Assembly: GCA_951406725.2 (NCBI GenBank)
Contig: OX597829.1
Span: 25,420,001 to 25,484,000, forward strand
Source: Octopus vulgaris
Lineage: Eukaryota
Direction: 5' to 3'
DNA: 64,000 nucleotides
Shown here: one piece after another, positions 47,317-60,892 of the stretch
How positions within the stretch are numbered: position 1 is the first letter of the stretch
Layout: each line of letters begins with the position of its first letter
Made by a program: the position numbers and the translations under genes
Notes under the pieces: generated by a model
The model's database searches: none
What the model saw: only the letters and a program-made list of their open reading frames with translations
Told to the model about the DNA's origin: nothing

Positions 47317-48403
47317 TATATATACATATATATACACATATATATACATATATATACACACATATATATATATACATATATATACACACATATATATATA
47401 TACATATATATACACACATATATACATATACATATACATACATACATATAGATATACATACATATATATATATATACACATACTCACATATACATATACA
47501 CACACATATACATATACACACACATATACATATACACACACATATACATATACACACACATATACATATACACACACATATACATATACACACACATATA
47601 CATATACACACACATATATATATATACAAACATATACATATACACACACATATACATATACACACATATACATATACACATATATATATATACACACATA
47701 TACATATATATATATATATACACACATATATACATATATATATATATACACATATATATATATATATACATACACATATATATATACATACACACATATA
47801 TATATACATACACACATATATACATACACACATATATATATACATACACATATATATATATACATACACATATATATATATATACACATATATATATATA
47901 TACACATATATATATACATACACATATATATATACATACACATATATATATACATACAGATATATATATACATATATATATACACATACACATATATATA
48001 TATATACACATATATACACATATATATATATATATATATATACATATATATACACATATATATATACACATATACACATACATATATACATATACACATA
48101 TACATATACATATACACATATACATATACACATATACATATACACATACACATATACATATACACATATACATATACATATACACATATATATATACATA
48201 TACACATATATATATACATATACACATATATATACATATACACATATATACATACATATACACATATATACATATACACATATATACATATACACATATA
48301 TACATATACACATACATATACACATATATATACAAATAGATATACATATATATATATATACATACATATAGATATACATATATATATATATACATACATA
48401 TAG

Positions 48404-48450
<47 letters not shown>
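47317..48450. repeat. (TA)/(CA) compound array
   Basis: Direct inspection. Confidence 0.95.
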
Positions 48451-48654
48451 AATTAGCTAAACTTATTATATAAGTAACTTAATTTATGTCCACATTTAAT
48501 ATTTTGTTTGTGTATGGAATTAACTAAATTTTTATTATTAGATAATAATATCTCTTTAAATTTGTTAGTACATAACAAAAATTGATACCTATTCGATATG
48601 ATTTTGCCTTACAAACTATCTTCCAATTTAAATTTCTATTTATTTCTATTTATG

Positions 48655-50500
48655 TAGTTTCAGCTCACAAGCTGTGGCTATGCTGGGGCACTGCCATTTG
48701 GTGTTGCTACATGATTTTACTTCACGAATGCTTTTTAGCAATTGCCATTTGGTGCATGAGAGAGTTCGATGCAGCTGCCCTCATCTGCCACCTCCTGCCG
48801 TGAAGTTGGTTCATCTGGGATACCTGACAAGAAGACATCCAGTTTCATTTTAAAGACATCTGCGTCCACCCCATGCAGGTCTCTTAGGTTCTTCAGGAGG
48901 ATATTGAAGAGCTGTGGGCCTTGGAAGCCCAGGCTATCACAGTATCTTGTCCTACATCTTCATGGAAAATTTGGAGTCCTTTGCACTATGCAGTGGCGCC
49001 CAGTTCTGGCATTTGTGTAACTCTCGATGCCAAAGTTTGGGACAAGTCCTTCTAGGATCTTCCAGATGTATATTATGGCATATCTTTCTCGCCTGCGCTC
49101 TAAGAAATAGAGTCTCAATCTCTTGAGTCTTTCCCAATACCTTATATGCTGCACAGAGGCTATCTTCTTCGTGTAGCTTTGTTGGATCGCCTCAAGTTCT
49201 GTGATTAACTTGACACTGGATGGTGACCATAGCTGAGAGCAATAGTCAAAGTGGCTTAGGACAAGTGTCCTCCAAAGGACCATCATGGTTTCCTGGTCTC
49301 TTGTTCTAAAGATTCTAAGAATCCATCCGGTCAGCCGCCTACATTTCATTGCCAATTTAGCAACATGCACATGAAAGGTTGCATCATCACTCATGTAAAT
49401 ACCCAGGTCTCGCACTGATTGTGCCTCTGGGATTGCAGTTCCTCCAGGTCCAGTGTATTTATTGGGTATTGCATTTAGTTTTGCGTGCTGATAGCATAGA
49501 GCTTGAAACCTTTCAGCATTGAACTGCATGCTATTCTTTTCAGCCCACTTGTATATTTTGTCCAGCTCACATTGCAGGTGCTTAATGTCTTCAGGGTTCT
49601 GTATTGCCTGTGAAACTTTTGTATCATCTGCATAACTTGTGATTGTGGCTCTCTGAGTGGCTGAGGGCATGTCTGAGAGGGCCATTATGAACAGTAGTAG
49701 TCCCAAAACAGTGCCTTGCGGAACACCGCTCACTATTTGCGTGTTAATGGAAGTGGACCCATTGGCTACTACCACCTGACTTCTATCCTTCAGAAAGTCA
49801 TGAAGCCATTCTCCCAATTTTCCAACTATGCCAAGATCACGCAGTTTGTGACATAGCATTCCATGATCGACTTTATCAAAGGCCTTTGCAAAGTCGAGAT
49901 ATATGACTTTCACATTTGAGTGGTTGAGCATTCGTTTCAGCACCCAGTCATAGTGTTGTAGGAGCTGAGTTAAGCAGCTTCTTCCTGGTCGGAAACCATG
50001 TTGGGTGTTCGGTAGCAAGTCATTTTCTTCAAGGAAGGTGATTAGTTTCCTTCTGACTATTCGTTCCATGACCTTGCTAATGTGTGAGGTCAGAGAGATA
50101 GGTCTGTAGTTCTTGGCCTCCGCTCTGCTACCTCCTTTATGAATAGGGCATATTTTACCTTCCTTCAGTTTTCTTGGAAGTTTGCCAGCTGCAAGGAAGC
50201 TCTGAAAGAGGAACTGCAGTGGTCTTGCTAGGACTCTCTTACATACTTTTAGAAGGATTGCTGGGAATCCATCTGGGCCAGTAGCTGAGTTTGTTTTCAT
50301 TTCATCAATAGCCTTTATTACATCGTCTTCCTTTATATTGATGTAATCAATCATTGCTGCCTCCGATTTTATGTCTGCAGTGGTAAAGAAGTCAGTTGGA
50401 TTGCTGACCTAGGGGGGGTGGAGTGAAAATACTCTTGAATTGCTCATTTAGTATTTCACTTACCCTCATTGGATTTCCTGTGAGTGTGCCATCCTTTTCA
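48655..50500 (-). mobile_element. CR1/L2-group LINE, family B, more diverged copy
   Basis: 464-aa RT ORF 48960-50354 homologous to about 36750-38120. Confidence 0.93.
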
Positions 50501-50852
50501 AATTGTACTTAATATTTTTAGATTTTAGTTTCCATATATATTTATTAAGGCCAGTAGAATTAATTAAATTTCTATTCTTAAAAGAATTCATATATTGATC
50601 TTCTATATAAATAAATGTATTTTCTTCATTTTGCTGCTCTTCTTTCTACGAATTGAGAAGATACATTGCAGAACTGTTATTTGAATGAGTTGTATCTGTT
50701 TATCACCCAATGAGACACATCTGCACCACCAGATGCTCCTGAACCAGTTGTTAAGTGTCCCGACCAACCAAAGCAAGACGTGTTGATACAATTGTCGTAA
50801 TTAATAATTAAAATTCTCGTATATTTTATCTTTCATTTACCATATATATATA

Positions 50853-50995
50853 CAATGGGCTTCTTTCAAATCCACTCACAAGGCTTTGGTTGACCCAAGG
50901 CTATAGTAGAAGACATTTGCCCAAGGTACCACGCTGTGGGACCAACTCCAGAGCTATATGATTGGGAAGCAAAGTTCTTATCACACAGTCATTCC

Positions 50996-51029
<34 letters not shown>

Positions 51030-51243
51030 CCTTTCTTATAAAGGCACAAGGCTGTAAATTTTGCGGGAGGGGACTAGTCGATTACATTGACCCCAGTGCA
51101 TAACTGGTATTTATTTCATCAACCATGAAAGGATGAAAGGCAAAATTGACCTCGGCAGAATTTGAACTCAGAACATAAGGACAGACAAAATACCGCTAAG
51201 CATTTTGCCTGATGTGCCAATGATTCTGCCAGCTTGCCACCTT
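50853..51243 (-). mobile_element. Two adjacent tRNA-derived SINE remnants
   Basis: The first is similar to the SINE at 60216-60620; both have tRNA-like heads; (aat)n between them. Confidence 0.65.
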
Positions 51244-51839
51244 AATGATAATAATGATGATGATAATAATAATAATAATAATAATAACAACAACAACGAT
51301 TGATGATGATAATCTGTTCTACTACAGGTACAAACCTGAGATTTGGGGGAGAATATTAGTCAATTACATTGACCTCAGTACTATATTGACACTTATTTTA
51401 TTGACCCCAAAATGATGGCAGGCTAAGTCAACTTTGGCAGTATTTAAACTCGGAATGCAAAGAGTCACACATTGTTAACCTGAAAACACCTGATTTTCTT
51501 TAGACTATTTCAAAACTAACATATTACAAATTTAACAGAACCTTAGTTCTCAGATTGTGTCCTCTTTCCTGTACATTATATCAGTGCTAATCATAAATAA
51601 CACCCATAGTAAAATGTCCAATTGTTGTTACTTGAGGTCTCTGAGTGAGACTTCCAACAGCTAATATAAAAACTAAGCAACAACAATGTAAATAATAATA
51701 ATAATTCTTTCTACTATAGGCACAAGGCTTAAAATTTTGTGTGTATGTGTGTGTGTGGGGGGGGGGGGGCAGTGCTGGTTGATTACATTTACCTCAGTGC
51801 TCTACTGGTACTTATTTTAACAACCCTGAAAGGATAAAA

Positions 51840-52125
51840 TGATAAACGTCACCCTTTTCAAGCCTAGCCAGGTTTCTGTGGCGTATGTGTTCCCCCCAGC
51901 TGGATGGGACGCCAGTCCATCGCAGCGTTACTCAAGAAACAGGAAGAGAGAGTGAGAGAAAGTAGTGGCGAAAGAGTACAACAGGGGTCCCCCCCTCTGC
52001 CGGAGCCTCGTGGAGCTTTTAGGTGTTTTCACTCAATAAACACACACAACGCCTGGTCCGGGAATCGAAACCGCAATCCCCCGACCGCGAGTCCGCTGCC
52101 CTAACCACAGGGCCATTGCACCTCC
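51840..52125 (-). mobile_element. tRNA-derived SINE inserted in another SINE
   Basis: Head GGAGGTGCAATGGCCCTGTGGTTAGG with A box and B box GTTTCGATTCC; 12-nt TSD gaaaggataaaa (51828-51839, 52126-52137). Confidence 0.85.
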
Positions 52126-52317
52126 GAAAGGATAAAAGGCATAGTCAAACTCAATAGAATTTGAACTGAGAACGTGAAGATGGATGAAATGCTGCTAAGC
52201 ATTCTGTCAGGCAGTGGAGACAGTGGTACTGCTATCAACAACAATTATCAAGTTTATTGAGACTGAATACCTATAATAAAAGGGTAACAGTATAGAAGCA
52301 AAAGAATAACTTTTTAC

Positions 52318-52413
52318 CTTTGTCACTGATCAAAGACATTTCCATCATTGTAGACATAAGGCTCTTTTGTTCTGTCAACATGTGGCTCAGCTGGTACATT
52401 TCTCCTTCAAGAA
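52318..52413 (-). CDS. EXOC8: EXOC8 coding exon (absent from ORF track)
   Basis: Reads (V)LEGEMYQLSHMLTEQKSLMSTMMEMSLISDK, directly continuing the previous exon (cf. LESEMYQLSHLLTEQK). ttgtag acceptor, gtaaaa donor, 96 nt, phase 1 to 1. Confidence 0.92.
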
Positions 52414-53866
52414 CTACAATTCAAAACAAAAAAAAATTTACAAAATGAGATTATTAATTTTACTGCAACATTATATAGTAGGGGCTCCGTCAGGAGCAAA
52501 TGCAAGTGTGGATTGTTAAGAAGAGAAAGGATAGTACACAACATTTTATAGGAGGAAACGACTGCATTTTACAGTTGACTCCTTCCCACAACAGACATCC
52601 CTATCACTCCCGCTTTCTTTCTCCCTCCCTCTCTGTCAACATATCCACAGTGTATCAAAACCCAAAAGGTCAATATCTATTTGATTTGCCATGCATACAT
52701 GGTTGTCTGGTTTTTTCATTAGGGAAGGGGATATGTTTCTTTATTGTCCACAAGGAGACAGACAAAGGGATTAAGTCAATTACATCGACCCCAGTGCATG
52801 GGAATAATGGACAGATACTAGTTGACTCTGAGGGTAAAAGTATCAAAATAGATGAAAAAAATTGGGCAACAATAACCAACACATCTCAAGAAATGCTCTT
52901 AAGTTTATACTAGCCTCTCATAGAATTATATAAATTATGAGTGACTTTCTGAAGGTACCATAGCAGCTCCCTAAAAATGACATTACATAAGATATTAATG
53001 TCACTATCTCCTTATCACTCATATTCTCTTCTATTTGCAATATTATTCTGCTAGTATCACAAAGGATACTATTAGTCAGTTACATTGACCTCAGTGCTCT
53101 ATTGACACTTATTTTATTGACCCCAAAAGGATTATAGGCTAAGTCAACTTTGGCAGTATTTAAACTCAGAATGTAAACAGTCACACATCGTTAACCTGAA
53201 AACACCTGATTTTCTTTAAACTATTTCAAAACTAAAATATCACTCTTACAAAACACCATATCACTCTTTCAATGCTGCCACTCATCATTTCCTTTCCTTC
53301 TAACCACTATCAATCAAATTCCATTATTTTTACCATTATCTACCTCACACACACACTCTCTCTCCCTCTGCCACCTTTTTAGTCCGGTCACTTTCTACCA
53401 TCAAACTTTTTTCTTCGATCATTGCCCACCCTCTCCTCTACTTGCCTCAGATATGTTACCTTGAGTAAACAAATTTATCATGAAGGAGTAAGAACATTTT
53501 AGTCTAATGGGATACAAAGTTGCCCCCACTATAAAACAATTCACTCTGTTGAATGGCTGTTTACAATTACCATGCAATAAGACAAGAAGACAGCAACATA
53601 CATAAACAGGCACACACATATACATATCTATATCTGTCTATATCCCTTTAGCATTCAGATTATTCTGTCAAATGTAATACCTAATAATCCATATTGTTTT
53701 GAAATAATCAAGCATCATCTTGTCACTTTGAGACTTTGATGTTGTGATTGTTCAGTTTCAGAATGACAATATAGGATAGATGGGGTGGTGGGACAAATTG
53801 ACCAGTTTGAATGTAAAACATAAAATAAATAGGCTGGACAGGATCAGTTTAAATGCTAAAGGGTTT

Positions 53867-54120
53867 GCAGGTGGCACATAAAAAACACCATTTGAGCGTG
53901 GCCGTTGCCAGTATCGCCAGACTGGCCATGTGCTGGCGGCACGTAAAAGCACTCACTACACTCTCGGAGTGGTTGGTGTTAGGAAGGGCATCCAGCTGTA
54001 GAAACTCTGCCAGATCCAGATTGGAGCCTGGTGCAGCCTTCTGGTGTGCAAGTTCTCAGTCAAATCTTCCAACCCACGCTAGCATGGAAAGCGGATATTA
54101 AACGATGATGATGATGATGA
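53867..54120 (+). mobile_element. RTE 3' stub
   Basis: Family UTR and (tga)n tail. Confidence 0.85.
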
Positions 54121-54822
54121 GAGAAAGATACATCAATTTAATACTTCAACTTACCATTTCTAATATGGTAATATCAGAGGGCTGAGTCTTATGAATGCCT
54201 TAAAACAATTATTCATAATTTATCACTGGTTCTGCCATGTTTACTTAGCAAAGACAATGAAGGGTGTGAAAATAGTGAAGGCTCCAGAATGGCAACTTTT
54301 ACATGAGTAATGGAGAATTTAGCTAAATATTCCCCTCCTTTGTTTCACAGGAGACTTACCATCATCACTATCCTCGTTCTTACACTCACTTCTCTATGCT
54401 TTTGAAATATCAAAAGATAAATTTAAGAGCAGAAGTGATGAAATTCTGTTAATATTTCCCCAACTCTTTTGCTGACATCTTTCCTTTGAAATACAATGCC
54501 TTTGGAACGTAACATGAAATTTTGATGGTGAGTTTTAATTTTGATCACTTAAATCCTTTTCGTACCCTATTTCTGCTGACAGAAATAGGGTACGATTTCA
54601 ATGAATTTGTTTCAATGAATTTTGAAAATAGTGTAGAATTTTTTAGTGAAATAACTTAGGCATTATTAAGTTGGTGCTTGGAACATTAATTAACAAGGAA
54701 TTTTGATGGATGATTTTAATTTAGATCACCATAATGTAATTTCCACAGTAGCACCTATAATTATCAAGATAAAAATGAAACAATATTCTCTAGAGAGACA
54801 AAAGAAAACTGAAATAATATAC

Positions 54823-54975
54823 CTGAAATTTCTTTAGCTGTTTCTATGAATTGAGAATAATTTTTATAAACATTTTTCTTCAATGCTTGAGCAGTTTCAT
54901 CAGCAAGAATCTGAACATTCTGTTTTGTTTCCAAGAGTTTATCTTCTCCATCTTCAGAGGAAATATTACTAACAT
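54823..54975 (-). CDS. EXOC8: Exocyst complex component 8 (Exo84), internal coding exon, N-terminal Vps51-like region
   Basis: Translates as xVSNISSEDGEDKLLETKQNVQILADETAQALKKNVYKNYSQFIETAKEIS, matching the EXOC8 motif I recall (LAEETAQNLKRNVYQNYRQFIETAREIS). Pyrimidine-rich ...ttag acceptor, gt donor, 153 nt, phase 1 to 1. Confidence 0.92.
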
Positions 54976-55040
54976 CTAACGAAAGAGACAAAGAAAAGAG
55001 AAATATATAAATAATTTGCAAAGTTATTGGACATGTAAAG

Positions 55041-55281
55041 TTGTAGAAGTTGGTAATGTGTATGAGGGGATGCTAATAAGTTCCTGGCTTTAAGGGTATC
55101 GTAAAAGGCCTGGTTGGAGGCCCAACCTTCCAAGTTCCTTCACAGAGCTTAGAAAAACTGAAGGACTTAAGCAATAAGTGTATGTATCTGAGAAGGAAAT
55201 ATGTTAAATAAAATCATAATTAACTGTTCCTCCTATATTTTCTTTTAACCAAAGGCAGGAAAACTTTTCAACACCCTCGTA
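55041..55281. mobile_element. Mariner-derived MITE
   Basis: TIR-like ends tatgaggggatgctaataagttcctgg / caggaaaacttttcaacaccctcgta. Confidence 0.7.
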
Positions 55282-55894
55282 TGTGTGTGTGTGTTTGTGC
55301 ACGTGAATACAACATCAGAGAATGCTTAAGAAGTTCCCTTTGCAATCCTGAAGTTCAATCCCACAGTGTAACATTTTAGGCAAGTGTAATGCATGGGCAC
55401 ATCTGATGGTCCCAACTTCAGCAGCACATATTCAGGAAAAATAAACAACACATTTTTAGTATTTCAAAGCATGTAATATTGACTCAACTTTGCATGTGGA
55501 ACCTGGGATAACCTTTTGAGACATTTTTTGGAAAATAAGTGTTTCTTTTTTGCCTCAAATACAGTAAACAGTGATTAACAATTCATTCACCATTAATTCA
55601 GAAAAAACTGAATGCTCATTATTTACATTATATTACTTATAAAATATATAATAAAAATAAATTATCTATACATGTTTATTAAGCTGTGAAACAATTGTTG
55701 TTAAATAAGAATTTCCAAATGCAAAATAAATTTTATCATAGTGTATTTCAATCATTATTTATTATTTTATACACTCCTTATAATTTTCTCTTGTATTGTA
55801 CTATATATTCTATGTTTTATAGCATGATACATTAAGGAGCTTTATTTATGAGTACCACTGGATTAATTGAATCCATACATTGTGACTTAAATTC

Positions 55895-55929
<35 letters not shown>

Positions 55930-56426
55930 ACACACACATTAGGATGCACATATGGTCAATTGGTTTAGAAGTTAGCTTCACATGTATGAGGTTCCAGTTT
56001 GATTCCAAAAACATTTTAACATAGTTTTAGGTTGTGCCAGGACTTTTGAGTAAATTTGGTAAAAGTAAAATATGTGGAAGCCTGTTAAATGGAGTACACC
56101 TGCAATTCAAATGTTCAGCCTTATCACATTGTGCTACGTTGATGCTATTTGAGAATTACACTAAGGGTACACAGGTGTCTGTCGAATACTCAGTCACTTA
56201 CAAGTTAATTGAATGATACGGTACTCTGTTGGTTATGACCACAGATGTTCCAGTTCAATTCAATCAAATAAACAGCCTGCTCTTGAAAAATTAATATGCA
56301 AGTGGCTGAACACTTCAGACACACATACCCTTAATGTAGTTCTCAGGGAGATCAAGTGTGACACAGAATGTGACAAGGCTGGCCTGTTTCAATTACAGGT
56401 ACAAATCATTTGTGCCAGCAGAGTGA

Positions 56427-59400
56427 TGTCTTGCAGACAACTTGCACATGCAAGTGCTACTAGTCAAAAGCTCCGTATACCGAAAGCTAGCAAGTGTATG
56501 GGGTCATCAGGAGAGAATGCGCGCCGTTTCAGGGCCTACCTCTCGACGGCATCAATGCGCACCGGCCCCCCTCACTGATATGAGGCCCCGCTTGCTAGTT
56601 CAGCTGGTTATGAAGTTAAACTCAATATCCTTCTAGCCATCGCTCATCGTCTCTTTTAACCAAATCCAGTGGCTAGCCTTCTCCACTGTAGATTGGATAT
56701 CAGTCATGGTGGTATTGACTTTACGATGAGTTAGGCCTTGCGATAACAACAGTCGTCTTACACTGTGTCCAACGAACCCTCTACATCCGACTTCAATTGG
56801 AAAATGTTCTGCTTTCCAGCCTGCGTCTTCACATTCCTCGAGGAGGTTTACATAACGGTTCAATTTTCGAGCCCAAGCGGCATCCATATTATCATGAGGA
56901 ACCGTTAGCTCGACTATATTTACAACTTTCTTTCTTTCACACCACATCAAAATATCTAGTTTTTTTTGTAACTCGGATGGGAAAGAAAACCTGGCACCCA
57001 GGTAAATCTGCAGTTACCTCCCAATAGCCGTTCCACTTTTCATTTCTCTCAGGAAATTTCTTGGTCTTCTTCTTGAAACGAATCTGCTGACCTGGTCGCA
57101 CAAAGGTAATGAAATCTCTAGATGGTACTTTCAACAGTTTTTCCTCAGTGTTGTTGAGATGAATTTGGTTCTTTATAGCATTGAAGATAACTTTAAGGAC
57201 CAAGTTGTGCCTCCATGTATACCTGTTCAATGCTAATGAACAGTTGGAAAGAATATGTTTTAGTGTACCGACCTTTCCACATTTGCAGATGTCATTCTCT
57301 AAGACGTTCCATCTGACTAGATTCGTAGGTGATGGCAAAAGCATCATAAGATGAACGAATCAGGAAACTCAGCCGAGATGTCGTCCACTTCCACATCTCA
57401 TCCCAACTTATCTTCCTCTCAACAACATGTTCTTCCCATCTCGTCATCTGACCTTGATGAAAGCATTGGATCAAATGAAGCTCTCTTCTCTCTGCTTCTC
57501 TTGTTTTGAACGCTGGAGTGACGCTGCGTTCACTCCACATCATGCTTGTAAATGGTCTGAACTGATCTGCGCCAAAACCAAGTCCTTTCCGATGGTTCTG
57601 TGTTGCTCCCACCATATCTCTGTGTATAAGAGAAGACAAGATGTCGTCAGTTTCTGCTTCTGCTTTCCACTTCCTGGCTGTTTTCACCTCTGGTGGGTTA
57701 CGCCTGATTTCCATATCCTTCGATTCTCTCAGCATCATGACCGTCCGTATCTTCCCCAGCTTATATATTTCAACTATTGATGCTATTGGTAGCTGCAATG
57801 AACCTCTTTTACGATAAAGAGCTGAACTGTTCAACATATGAGGTAGGCCTAGCCCTTTCTAATGAACACATTACATTTTTGTTCAATGATTTCAACTCGT
57901 GACAATGCTACCTTGTATATTAAAAGTGGCCATGCAAGTCGCGGGTACAAGCCGAACTACAAGCACCAAATTTTATGGTTACCTGGTAACTTTGAATTAT
58001 CAATCGCTGATAACCCAGCCTCGGCCTGTTTCATAATTTCAATCCCACAACTTCTGTCTGACAATGTTCCAGCGTTTACTCGTCCCAAGCTCTTGACGGG
58101 TTCTTCCTTGACTGTTGGAATGCTTTCTTCAGATATTCGAAACTTAAATTCTTTCTGCACTCCCTTAACAAGTGTCAGACTACGCGACTTTTTTGCTCTA
58201 AATCGCATCCTTGATCACCTTACAAGTTCATCTAATCTCAAGAGGGCATTCTGCATGTTTTGTTTATCTGTAGCTAGAAGTGTCACGTCATGAAGGCTTT
58301 CTTAGGCGATTGTACATGGGCGATTTGTTCCGAAAAATCTACACCTTTCAAAATCAACTCCATGACTAAGATAAACCACGTGACAGATATTGTACAGCCA
58401 GCAGCAATGCCAACCTCCAATCGGTGCCAATCTGTTGTAAAATTTCCAGTTGTAAACCTCATTTCGAAACTGTCATAGTACATCCTCATTATTTTGATCA
58501 CTTTGTCTGGAATGTGGAAGTGGTCCATGACTGTTATTAGTAATTCGTGTGGCACTGAACCATACGCGTTAGCTAGGTCAAGCCATACCACGTTCAGACT
58601 TTTCTTGTTTTGTTTGGCATCCTAGATCGCTTTCCAAATCGAAAAACCGTGTTCAACGCATCCAGGGATCCCAGCCTTTTGAACAGATTCATCAACATAT
58701 CTGTTACTCTGTAAATATGTCACTGTTCTCCTCGACAGAATTCCCATCAAGATCTTGCCTTCCACTTTCAATAAGGATATCGGCTTAAACTGTTTTATGG
58801 TCTTTGCATTGGCCTCTTTCGGCAGGTATATACCTTCTGCCTTACACCAATCCTCTACTATAGTCTCCTCACGCCACAGTTGTCGGAGTAGGACGAAGAG
58901 CTTCTTTCACAGATGATTGCAGTACTTGTAGACTTTATATGCGACGCCATCACCTCCTGGGACACTCTTTGCTCTAGCTTTTCTTATGAAGTCATTCACT
59001 TCTCTCTCCCTGATGTCCCCAATCTGGAATTCGATATCAGGTCCTGAGAGATGATTTAGCCCATGTAGAGGTGGCAGCGGATGGTTACGGTGTGGATCAC
59101 TGTAGGTTTCCTTGATATGAGCATCCAATTCTTCTTTTGTGCATGATAAAGTACCACTCTTCGGTTCAATGAATAGCTTCTTAGTAAACCTGTACGGGTC
59201 CTTCAGAAACTGCTCCCGAGTCCATTTACTCTCCTTTCGACGCTCATATCGGCGGATATGTCGTTGCACATAACGACATTTCCTCTTCAAATCGTTATAC
59301 AGCAGCGCAAGGCCATGTTTCTCATCTAGTGCAGCACATCTCCATCGCTTTCTTAAGTCGGACTTTTCCTTCCTCAATTGCTGCATTTCTCTGATCTTCC

Positions 59401-59992
59401 TGCTTGGTCCACACTTTCCCTTCTCTAGTCGGATATTCTCTTTTATTCCAAATAAATCTTTTCCAATATTGTATATTGAGCTTGATAATTTACCCAGTTT
59501 CTCCACTGTAGAGCCTGTCATTTTATAAAGAGCCCGACAAACCTTGTTTTCAAACTCTTTATATTTCACTTTCTCATTAGCAGCAGGCCACAAAACCCTC
59601 AGTTTCCTCTGAGTATTATTCGATGCACCAGTTTCATGACTTGTAGTTTCATCATGTGAAGAGGTCTCTGCTGTAGCATTTATCGATCTGCTGTGGTTTG
59701 AGTCCGGGGATGATTTACCACGTGTTTTACGATCTGATAATCCACACTGCTCTGTCTTCTTCTCACAAGTCTTTCCCTGATGTATCTTCAAGCCTCTCAC
59801 AGTTGCAAAGGTTCTATAGCACAGCTTGCATCCAAAGTTGTTTGCATTTCGTTCGCTGTTCGAATGAATAATTGTATTCGTTTCCAAGGTCATTCCCGTG
59901 CTGACTGGGTTTGATTGATTCTCGACTCCCCCCTCTCAGTCAATCGTGGGGCTGTCATTTCCATTCATTTCTGTTACAAAGAAAAAAAAAAA
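56427..59992 (-). mobile_element. Apparently full-length HERO-like retrotransposon, inactivated by stops and frameshifts, inserted into a SINE
   Basis: N-terminal zinc finger CKLCYRTFATVRGLKIHQGKTC, RT (WLDLANAYGSVPH, GIAAGCTIS, AFM[DD] frameshifted), CCHC knuckle, RLE domain. Flanks ...gccagcagagtga | attggagcaatg... appear to rejoin as one SINE-like repeat. Confidence 0.88.
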
Positions 59993-60215
59993 ATTGGAGC
60001 AATGCAAAGTAAAATGTTTTGCTCAAGGACACAGCATACTGCTGGGAATCAAACTCACTACCTTACAATTGTGAGCCGAATACCCAAACCAGTAAACCAT
60101 GGCTTCACTCTAACTCTCTGGTTACTATTTTATTCTCTAACTCAGTAGTTACTATTTTATTTGGTGGACCCCCATGGCCATTCGATATTTAAAAACTAAT
60201 TTTATAGATACTTAT

Positions 60216-60620
60216 ATGCATAGGAGTGGCTGTGTGGTAAGTAGCTTGCATACCAACCACATGGTTCCAGGTTCAGTCCAATTGCGTGACACCTTGGGCA
60301 AGTGTCTTCTACTATAGCCTCGAGCTGACCAAAGCCTTGTGAGTGGATTTGGTAGATGGAAACTGAAAGAAGCCTGCCGTATATATATATATGTGTGTGT
60401 GTGCGTGTGTTTGTGTATCTGTGTTTGTCCCCCCAACATCGCTTGGCAACCGATGCTGGTGTATCTACATCCCTGTCACTTAGCGGTTCAGCAAGAGAGA
60501 CTGATAGAATAAGCACTAGGCTTACAAAGAATAAGTCCTGGGGTCGATTTGCTCAACTAAAGGTAGTGCTCCAGCATGGCTGCAGTCAAATGACTGAAAC
60601 AAGTAAAAGAGTAAAGAGTA
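60216..60620 (+). mobile_element. tRNA-derived SINE with internal microsatellite and LINE-like 3' tail
   Basis: Head ggagtggctgtgtggtaagtagc...ggttcagtcc; tail ccagcatggctgcagtcaaatgactgaaac followed by aagagta repeats. Confidence 0.85.
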
Positions 60621-60892
60621 TACTTCTTTCAAAGTTCCTACTTTGTTATTCACTAGTATAGGTTGAAACCTAGCTGTTTCTTGTAATACATACATTTAAA
60701 AAAAAAAAAACTTTTCTTGGACCCTTAATAATAGTGTGGATCCCCAATTTACTATCTTGCTAGCGTGAACCCCACAAAATCTTATATGAACTTCTAGCGG
60801 CCATATGAATCCTGGTTGAGAACCACTGCTTTAAGTGAATGAATAAACAGACAGCAATAGCAGTGCTACTGCTGCCATCATTATTCTATCCA

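Noticed and set aside
50603-50791. Short complex-sequence ORF, possible extra exon
   Set aside because: No similarity to EXOC8 and no clear splice sites; the flanking exons already join in phase.
52050-52125. tRNA gene
   Set aside because: The A/B boxes belong to a SINE head with body and TSD; no complete cloverleaf is evident.
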